From positions 110,422,001-110,486,000 of the forward strand of contig OX597816.1 of the NCBI GenBank assembly GCA_951406725.2: a stretch of 64,000 bases of DNA, given 5' to 3'. Within the stretch, counting starts at the first letter, position 1, and each line of letters starts with the position of its first letter. Of this stretch, positions 54,508-64,000 are shown piece after piece. Under the pieces are notes generated by a model. That model made no database searches. It was given only the letters and a program-made list of their open reading frames with translations, and was not told the DNA's origin. Origin of the DNA: Octopus vulgaris (taxonomy: Eukaryota). A program made the position numbers and the translations under genes.

Positions 54508-55033
54508 AAACAATAGTACTTAGGCTTTCGTTTATTTTATTGCTCCTGAATGAAAGAGGAAAAAATAATTCGTGGGCTTTTAAGTTCAGAATGTAAAAAG
54601 TAGCAAAACATAATAGAAGGCACATTGCTTGTTCTAAAGAATCTGTCAGTGTACCGGACTCAGTCATAAATAATAGCAATGTAATTGAGTTGTTTGTGAG
54701 GACGACGGTGATGGGGATGATGACGACGACTGCGATGATTAAGAGGCCTACGACGAAAATGATGATGGTGAATATATAATCTTATGAGCTTGCAATATGG
54801 CTGAGGAAACTCACACTACTGGTTAGTTCGTGAACACAATGATGACGATAACAGGGAAGCAAGAGGAGGGTGATGCTTATAAGAATTAACAGAATCTGAG
54901 TCGTAGTTATGATGATATGATTAAAAATTACAGTGATGATGAACAAGAGGTAATATTACTAAGGATTGTTGGATATTAGTAATCTTCAGTAGTTGATTCT
55001 TTATAATCATCATATTACTAAAAGTTTATTAAT

Positions 55034-55438
55034 AAGGTGGTAGGCTAGCAGAAACGTTAGCACGCTGGACGAAATGCTTAGCGGTATTTCGTCTGCCGTT
55101 ACGTTGTGAGTTCAAATTCCGCCGAGGTGGACTTTGCTTTTCATCCTTTCAGTGTCGATTAAATAAGTACCAGTTACGCACTGGGATCGATATAATCGAC
55201 TTAATCCGTTTGTCTGTCCTTTTTAGTCCTCTCTGTGTTTAGCTCCTTGTGGGTAGTAAACAAATAGGTATTTCGCCTGTCGCTACGTCTTGAGTTTACA
55301 TTCTGCCGAGGTCGACTTTTCCTTTCATCCTTTTGGGGTCGATAAACTGAGTACCAGTGAATCACAGCAGTTGATATAATCGACTTACTCCCTACCCAGC
55401 CAAATTTCAGGCCTTGTGCCTATAATGGAAATGATATT
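55034..55438 (+). mobile_element. tRNA-derived SINE with a duplicated central domain
   Basis: Head AAGGTGGTAGGCTAGCAGAA..., B-box-like GAGTTCAAATTCC, and a central GACTTTGCTTTTCATCCTTTC..GTCGAT.AA.T.AGTACCAG module present twice (~55084-55203 and ~55268-55387). Confidence 0.9.
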
Positions 55439-56598
55439 ACTAAAGGTTTAGATGAGCAAATAATTGACTTAGCTACAGTTGCCATTTCTTGTATTCCTTC
55501 ATTTATTTAATTATACTGAAGCTGTTTGCAGGGAAATAAACGCAAAACTAATATTAGAAACATAAACATGCATTATGGAAGAAACAAAAGAAGGAAATTA
55601 ATTTTAATTTGATATTGCCAAACAGGTAAAAATTAACCAATTACAGCTTTCTGTTCAGTAAATGCATATTTTCTATTTTTACTTGATTTAATATGTATTT
55701 TTCCACCCTCAAAACCTATATGTAGCGATAGTTAATTTCAATTTAATGCTGCAAAAAGGCAACGGTGCTTAACATAATTAAAAGGAAAATAATTACAATA
55801 GTTTGAAAAGGTAAAGAAATACGATTAAGTGGATTTCCTTTAGTTTTTGCACTTGAGGTTATTTGAAGGGAGAAGTCGGAATGCTGATATTAATTACTTT
55901 CATAAATTTCTCCGCATAAATATATTTTCAGATGTCATTTAATCTAAAATGCAAAACCTAAGAAATTGCAAATGCTACAAATTCTTTTTCAGTAGACAGG
56001 GTTTATTTCGTATAGTGTGTAATCCTTAATGAGAGGTTCTTTACGTCTTAAATCCACTTTTCATCGGGCATAACACATTCAGGGATACAATGTAAAAATA
56101 TATGTATTTACGATTAGTTCGTTTTTATCATGATATCATTCTTAATTAGACATAAAACAGCGTGAGATTTGAGGAGATATACTTTATCTACTGTAACAAA
56201 ATATAATCTATCTAAAACTAGCGATAGCTTTATGAAATTATTCTATTTCGGCACTTATAGTTCCCTGGCAATAGCTAAGTTTGAACATGTTGAATGAATA
56301 TTTATCTTATTGCCCAAACGTAGTCGAAACATTCATGCCAATGGTTTCCTGTCAGAAGTTTCCAGTCCCATTCGAAAAAATACAGAAGTTACTTCAACAT
56401 TTAGAAATTTACTGTTCTAAATCACTGTGTTCCACTCATATGGTAACAATGAGCGCCTATCTTTTCATTATTTGCGTTAACAGGTTATTTGCTGAGGAGA
56501 TCTGGAAGAAATGAATATCTTTTGATTGTTCTGCAGAGCATAGTATTCTGATAATTAGGTGTCCTCAAATACTCCTTGCACATTGTCATTGTGCATGT

Positions 56599-56659
<61 letters not shown>

Positions 56660-57550
56660 ATGGTGTATATATATATATATACCGTTCACCGTTTACTAGT
56701 TTCAGTTAGAGGCTAAGGCCATGCTGAATCATCACTTTTCAGGGTGTTTGAGTCTCTTTTCAGCATTTTATTTCTGGGTGTATGTGCGCGTGCCTGTATG
56801 AAGGCGGGAAGAAAGTAAATATATCTTTCGTGTATGGAGATAAATGAAATTCTGATATTTTAAGCTTTACATCAGCTTAAGCTACCAGCAATCTCTTTTG
56901 TCTTACATCAATCGTATTTATGATATATTTTAAATCAATGGACATTAAATAGTTATTTCTTATATAGGTCATCACATCGAAAACTGTTCTTCACTTGTAC
57001 TTTATTTTGCTGATCACGAAAAGAGATATTTAGATTTGAGTCCGAAGAGATATAAACACAGTACAAAAGACAAAAAAACAGTTTTCCGAAGCACGAACCA
57101 TTACGTCAATTAAATACCATTATAAGAACAAAAATAATGATTTGTTTTATTTTGACAATGATTATATTTAATATAATCATAATTGCTTCAAATAATAAAA
57201 TTACCGTTTCTGACAAACACGCTTACATTACATACTTACAATATAATTATTCAGTTATGTTGTACTAATAGCCGTTACAATAATAAAACGTAAGACAATA
57301 AATATTGCTAAAACTTTTGTTGCAAACGTGATTCTAACACAATCTTATGTACCAATAACAATGTTTTAGCTATTAATAATAGGTAGAAGGCACTTTTTGG
57401 TGGGCAATATAACCTAGGGGAATAAAACCATAAATCAACTTTGCACACGAGGTGCGTGATAGCACTGCAGCAAAGAGACAGATTTATAATGTTCAGTAAT
57501 ACCAAAGGTTTGCAAAATGTGATGTGGAATGAGCTAATTTCACTTGTACA

Positions 57551-57609
<59 letters not shown>

Positions 57610-57617
<8 letters not shown>

Positions 57618-58271
57618 ATACAAAATCGACCAGTGTGTGTGTGTGTATTTGCTTTCCGTGCGGAAACGGCTGCGTGAATTGCTTCCATACATGGGAAGCA
57701 TGAATAATTTGACCATGGATACATAATAGGGTCTTTAGTTTATTTTTTAAAATTAAAATAGACAACATTGATTTCTATATATGATTCACTCTTTAACAAA
57801 GAAATTCTTCATTTCAGCTTCCCGTATTGACGTAGCAACGGCGACATTTTTTTGTTTTCATTTGCAAGACCTTTCACTCTCTATTTTAATGCTTTCATTT
57901 CAAGTTTTAATTTGCTATTTGCAAACAACTACGATAAATTACTAAAAAAAATATTTACCAAATTCACAAATTTAAATATTCGGTACAAGAGCTTTTATTT
58001 ACACGATATTTTGCATTTCATGTTTATCTTGTTCATTGTTTGCAATGTTCTGTTTACCCCTCTTTCTTTCTTTCTCTATTTCTTTCTCTCTCTCTCTCTC
58101 TCTCTCACGCACAAGTCAGTCACACACGCACATATGTGATTTTTTAATGTAAGTTTGTAAACATTTATGTATGAGTGTATGAGAAACATAGAGAGTGTCA
58201 GTCAAAGGTGTGTTGAAATATATACATACATACATAAATACATATGCATACATCTTTTATTGCATGTATGC

Positions 58272-58318
<47 letters not shown>

Positions 58319-59815
58319 TGTGTGCGATACAGAGAGAGTGAAAGTGATGTCTAAATGACATTCACTGTCTCTCTCCCTCACACACACACTCGTATATATA
58401 AAAAAGATGTATGCATATTAATTTATGCATGTGCGTATAAATGACAACACACTCTTCCCTCTCGCTCACACACACATACGTCGATTTCATCTGATGTTTG
58501 AAACTCTATGTATATGTGTGTTTGTGTGTGTGCTTGAGCGCACGTGGTCCTTCCACGATCGCCATTTATTTCAATCACTGTTGTGGAGATGTTCACGTAA
58601 CTCAGTTTTCCCTTTAATCCCCATTTTAAGTTTCAAAAACGTTTCCAACAACAATGCCCTTACTCCTCTAGAAGAGGAGTCGGGGCAGATGTAAATGTTC
58701 AATATTCTACAGTGAAGCAAAGATGAGTACACCTAGCCATAGTCAATGTTGAATTCTGCAACTTTGTTAACGCTATTTAATATGTTTGAAAATATATGAT
58801 AAAATATATATGGAAATATATGATCAAAGCGTGTGTGCTGCAACATAAACTCATATGCAGAATGACATTCAGCGGGTGAATAAGAAAGACGAGGATGCAC
58901 AGTATAACAGAAAATACATCAGTAGAAATGTGACTTTCTGGTACATCTTCAAGTTTCCCACTAATGATAGGCACCCAGCTATCATTCATCTAAGTGTCCA
59001 TCTAGAAAATGGACACAGGGTTTTCTTCACAAAAGAGATAGCCTTACAACAAGCACTTTCTCCAAAAGAAACTACGCTTACTACCTTTTTAAAGTTGTGT
59101 CAATTAGATGAAGATGCAAGAAAACTCCTTTCCCCACAATTACCCAAGTATTACAATCGGAGAAATAATAAATGACACAACTGGAAATGGGCTGACGCTT
59201 ATGCAAAAGTTAGAATGCCCCCACCACCAAGCCAAGCAGAATACTACTACTTATGGCTCCTTTTGTATGAAGCACGTGGTCCCAAATCATTCCGAGATCC
59301 GTGGAGGGTAAATGTTAATGTGTGTGAAACTTGTAGGGAAGCGCGTTATCAACAAGGTTTTTTTTAGAAATGATGAGTATTGGGACATTGAATTGACTGA
59401 AGCATCAGTCTCAGATTCTCCAAGGAAACTCCATAGCATATTGCAATTACACTGAACATGTGTCAACTTCATAGTCGCCAACCGCTTTGGATGAAGAATC
59501 ATGAACTCACTGGTGGAGGACTTAAAGTATGCAGTTAAATAGGGAAACCAAATATCAATATTCTGATCTCTGTAATAATTTTTAACCAAGTACTGATTGA
59601 AATTGAGGATCAAGTTTTGGCCATAGGAGGCAAATTTTGCAAGGGTCTGGCGCTCGACTGCCAAAAACAAACCGTCAAATTAGTGGTTTAATTTCAAGAG
59701 ACATAGCAAGAGTGACAAATTAAGACCTCATAAAATTGGCTGCGTTTGTGAATGAACATGAACCTAAACTTATTCCAGAACAACGCTGTGCATATGATCA
59801 AGTGCTTAGTGTTTT
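57610..59815 (+). mobile_element. Decayed Helitron: 5' end plus Rep/Helicase fragments
   Basis: VNVEFCNFVNAI*YV*KY; YISRNVTFWYIFKFPTNDRHPAIIHLSVHLENGHRVFF...TTLTTFLKLC...YY; YYLWLLLYEARGPKSF; PKLIPEQRCAYDQV. The 5'-type sequence at 57610-57735 is assigned to the same element by inference. Confidence 0.9.
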
Positions 59816-61681
59816 ATTATTATTATTGTTGTTGCTGTTGTTGTTGTAGTATGTATATATGTAAGTATGTATGCATGTATGTATTTGTGTAGAATAATTA
59901 CTAGACTTGAAAATAAATAATTCGTTTGACTAAAATTCTTCTTGGTTTGGGACCAGCATGTCCGCAGTCATGTGACGGAAAGTAATAGAAAGGCAAAAGA
60001 TGAAAATGAACACTGATTTCGAAAATTCCAAGTGCGCAGAATTTGGCTAACGGATAGAGAAGACGACTAACGATGGTATTTTGTGATAAAATGGTTATAC
60101 GGCAGGTAGGAGAATAAGATTTCCGCTGCATTTATTGTGAGGGCACTATCATTCAGTAAAGAAATTAGAACCTTAAATACTTTACTCTGACATAGCACAT
60201 TAACAAAATATGAGGGAATATAGCAGAATGATAATATCTAAACAAATATTAATCAAAACAGCATGCTGGAAAACTTATTAGAATAATGCAGAAGATGATA
60301 TTCATAGTAACAATAATGATCACGAAGAGGACGACAGCGACGAAAATGGATTGCCGATTGAGATGCTTATGCTTATGATATCCACGATAATCATAATATT
60401 TATCATAATTATCATTACTGTTATTATCACTATGTTGAAAATTACCATAATCATGATGCTCATGTTGTTGACTATAACAAATTAGATGATACCATTATAA
60501 TAATAGAGTTTATTCAAGACCAACTTTTGCAAATTGACACTACTGATGTAGTAGTACATTTCTGCCCTTAGCATAACATATAAATATGTTTGCATTGTAA
60601 TATTAACTAACTAGCAAACAGTTTACATTTCCTTCTTCACATCTGATCGGAGAGCACTACTGATGGTATCCATCTTTCAAAAAGATTTCTACTATAATAT
60701 GAAAATATTCATACTTGCATGAAAACCACCACAACAATATTTGCGAATCAAATATTAACATAATGCAGTTAAAGCGATCCCTATTTTATTACAGGCAAGA
60801 GAAAAAAATAAGACTATATTAATAAAGTTCTTCATTGAGTATTGTTTCTAAAGATCAAATTTTAAACGTGTTACTTTATTTACATTTTCTATTTATTTTC
60901 TGGGAACCAGTTTTAATATGCTCCTAATTATGCAAATGCAGTTTAACAAGCGTTTTTTAAAGAAATTTATGGCATAACAATGTTGAAAAGATAAACGCGA
61001 AATGAAATGAATAAAAGAAATTTAAATGTTAAGAAGAAAAAAATCAAAGAAGCGTAAAATATTTGTGAAACGTACAAAATGTGAACAAATTCAGAGCCCA
61101 AGTTAACTGGATGAATTTAATAGCTGTGGAATTCCGCTTAAAATGAATCCGTAGAAAATTCCGAATCCATTTATAATCCTTTCAAGCTTAGAATAATTAC
61201 TACTTAGGATAAAATCTAAACATAATCAGTGATATTTCACTTAAATTGATTATACACGAAAATTTATTTTTCAACCAATTTTCATAAAGCTGTTCAGTTT
61301 CATTTGGACTAGATATACGAGAGAGAAATGAAAAAGTAAACCGTGTTATTTACAATAAATAAAAGCGTAAATCAGTTTATTAATTTGACAAAGATTTACA
61401 TTTTTTCCGCGCAAATAAACCAAGTGACAAAATACTTAACACGAAAAATGCATTTACTGATTTAAAGGAAATTTATTAAAATAATAAAGGTTAAAGATGA
61501 ACGAATTAATACAGTAGCACAAGATGCTGCTTTCCAAAATTAAATCCTCACTTTTTACATTACGCATAGCAAAAACACATTACATCAAAATATTAATATT
61601 AACAGAATAGAAAATTCTAAAGTAACCTTCCTTCAGATAAACCTCCTCTCTATCACTTCCGCTCTGTATCTTCTATATATA

Positions 61682-61748
<67 letters not shown>

Positions 61749-62259
61749 ATTTTGTGCGATATTACACCTAATTGCATAAAATTAGCGCTCACGTTGACTA
61801 ATTCTCTAACCTCCGATTTGAAATGCAATTCAAATAGCAAAAAGGTTACATCTGCCTAATGAAATATGTAATATATGTAGTGATTCAGTCGAAGAGGTAC
61901 GTCAAAAAGGGAATAGAAGTATAAATACACAAACAACTAGTATCAGGTCAGATTATTACAGTTTCATATTTAAACATTGCCACAGCATGAGGGGAGAATT
62001 TAATGTTCAGTTGGTAAGAGATCGATAGAAGATCGGATGATGTATGTGTATAATGGTTATTGTATAATTTCGTATTCCCTCGGTACAGTTATATCATAAA
62101 TTCGAATTACTAGCTTTGGGTAAAGTTGGTTATCGCAGGTAGAATCTAAAGATGGATTAGAAGAATGGATGAAGAGAGGAAGAATGTGTACAGATATTCA
62201 CTTACAGCTGCTTCAAGAATACATGAACTGGTTCTTCAATTTCCTGTAAATTATCGGCT

Positions 62260-63370
62260 GTCAACATTGTAGCTGCGACTAGATACACAGGTAGTTTATT
62301 TCCCTGCAAACAATCAACTAATAATACTAATAAGTATGAGAGGCTCTATATGGAAAAGGATGAAGTTCTGGCGAACGGAATTGACATCAGGGAATCAAGT
62401 ATTAGGAGAGGTGAAAATCAATAGAAAAATTTTCCAGGGGAAAATATGTCCCCACTGGTCTTCGTGCTGCAACTAATCCCCTTAAGTGAAATGCAAAAGA
62501 AAACAAATTTGGGGTGTGATCTGGGAAGAGTTAATAGATAACTGGACCATTTGCTATTCATGAATGACATGAAGCTGTTCACAAAAAGAAAAACCGAGGA
62601 AAAAATGGACAACCTAGTCCAGTCTGAATATTTTCTCCCATGATATTAAGATGGAGTTTGGACTTTCAAATGTGGTACGATAGTGATGAGACGAGGAAAG
62701 CTTGTCATGTCAGAAGGCATATGGTTGCCTATTGGTGAAGGCGCAATTCAACCTCAATTGAGCGTGAAATACTTAGGAATACTTCAGGCTGATGGAATCA
62801 AACACAACATGAAGGAAAATACGAAAAGAGAGTACCTGCAATGTGAGAGATATTAGCTATAAAGGTGAATGCTAGAAATATAATTTCGGCAATAAACTCG
62901 CATGTTGTTGGAGCAGTCCTGTATGGCCCCGAAATCTTGAAATGGACATAGGATGAGCTGAAGGAGATAGACATGATACCAAGACCACTCCCAATGATGC
63001 ATCGAGCCCATCATCCACGTGCAGATTATTATCGCCTAGACATGAAGTGAGCAAGTGGAGGAAGAAGACTGATAAGTGTGGAAGACTCTGTGCATATCGA
63101 ACTAGAGAGATTAACGAGAATCCTAGCCCACAATAAGGTAACTTTGCTAGCGTAAGTTAGGAACGTGTGAGTATTCAAATCAGAGAAAAAAGATAAAAGA
63201 AGGGAAGAATACAAAATGAACATGAAGAAGAATTACACACGAAGGGACAACGCAATCAGTTCTATAGAGCGACAACAGAGGTTACTGAAAAAGTAGGTGG
63301 GATTGGCTGATGAAAGGAACACTAATAAAAGAAACCGAGAGCAATATACTCGATGAGATTTCTAAAGGAT
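62260..63370 (+). mobile_element. R4/Dong-clade LINE RT fragment
   Basis: LGEVKINRKIFQG..PLVFVLQLIPLS...LDHLLFMNDMKLF...DIKMEFGLS...KYLGILQAD...WL.KGTLIKETES. Confidence 0.88.
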
Positions 63371-63499
63371 TATATGTCAAAATAAGAATGGTTAGGGAAC
63401 CTAAGTAATAATATAAAGGCAAAGATCTTCTAATCCTCCTTGCAACTGCGGAACTGTCATCACATTGTAGATAGGTAAAATCCTAACGGCTAAAATGGT

Positions 63500-64000
63500 A
63501 TGATAAACAAAGCAGAAGTAAGAGGTGAAAGGAGCACCAAAGATTTATGAAGTGAAACTGTTTTGGAAGCATATAGGATATGGAGCAAAGAAAAATAGTT
63601 TAATGCTGAAGTTGACTGGATAGAACACGAGAAAGAAGAAATGAATTTAATTGAAGAATAGGCGCTGGATTCAATAGAAGAGCTATTGTGTGATTTTAGA
63701 TATGTCTGCAAATGGCAATTCCCAAGGTTGTACCAGATTCGTATCTTCTGGCGGAGATAGTTGACAGAAACACGCGGAATTCGTGCTGAATCTCAAACTT
63801 ATATCATTTAGAATCTGCCTGCCTGACAGAAGCAACTACCTACGCAATACCAAAAAACGTATGATACACAAAACTCGCAGAATTACCGCCAATAACATTT
63901 TAATACTATATACAAGGTCCTCATACCCATAATACCTGAAAGAATGTACAGTTTCCTTGGATAGAACTCAATCTGTCAATAAAAGTGAAACGGGTGTAAA
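63500..64000 (+). mobile_element. R4/Dong-clade LINE, RT N-terminal region (runs off the window)
   Basis: IWSKEK*FNAEVDWIE; KWQFPRLYQIRIFW, similar to NWK.PG.D.I..FW; NYRQ...NTIYKVL, similar to NYRPITCLNT.YK.L. Confidence 0.7.

Noticed and set aside
60550-61900. TE-poor AT-rich stretch with octamer (ATGCAAAT) and homeodomain-like motifs as a possible enhancer or promoter
   Set aside because: Short AT-rich motifs are expected by chance here, and no conservation or transcript evidence is available.

Overview
AT-rich, microsatellite-dense eukaryotic DNA with no recognisable host-gene exon, probably intergenic or deep intronic. The tRNA-derived SINE families and the (TA)n/(TACA)n load suggest an octopus genome (inference). 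Almost every long ORF in the track is either a microsatellite artefact or a transposon fragment. The window holds layers of transposable elements: Gypsy, CR1, RTE, R4/Dong, Penelope-like (PLE), Tc1/mariner (including a DD41D), hAT, Helitron and two SINE families. The most notable structure is a young 2.3 kb palindromic PLE insertion (4702-7018). Its ~1 kb arms each carry a minimal type I hammerhead ribozyme in which the conserved C3-G8 core pair is swapped to G3-C8. Two other PLE-type hammerhead families occur, one with a canonical core and one U4C. The inverted-end architecture recurs at 30083-30234 and 52528-53291 with target-site duplications. There is also a Naiad-type PLE relic with a TGA at a conserved Cys, a 0.5 kb locally templated insertion, and a mariner with two left ends. 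All protein-family calls come from manual translation and recalled motifs, not from database searches.
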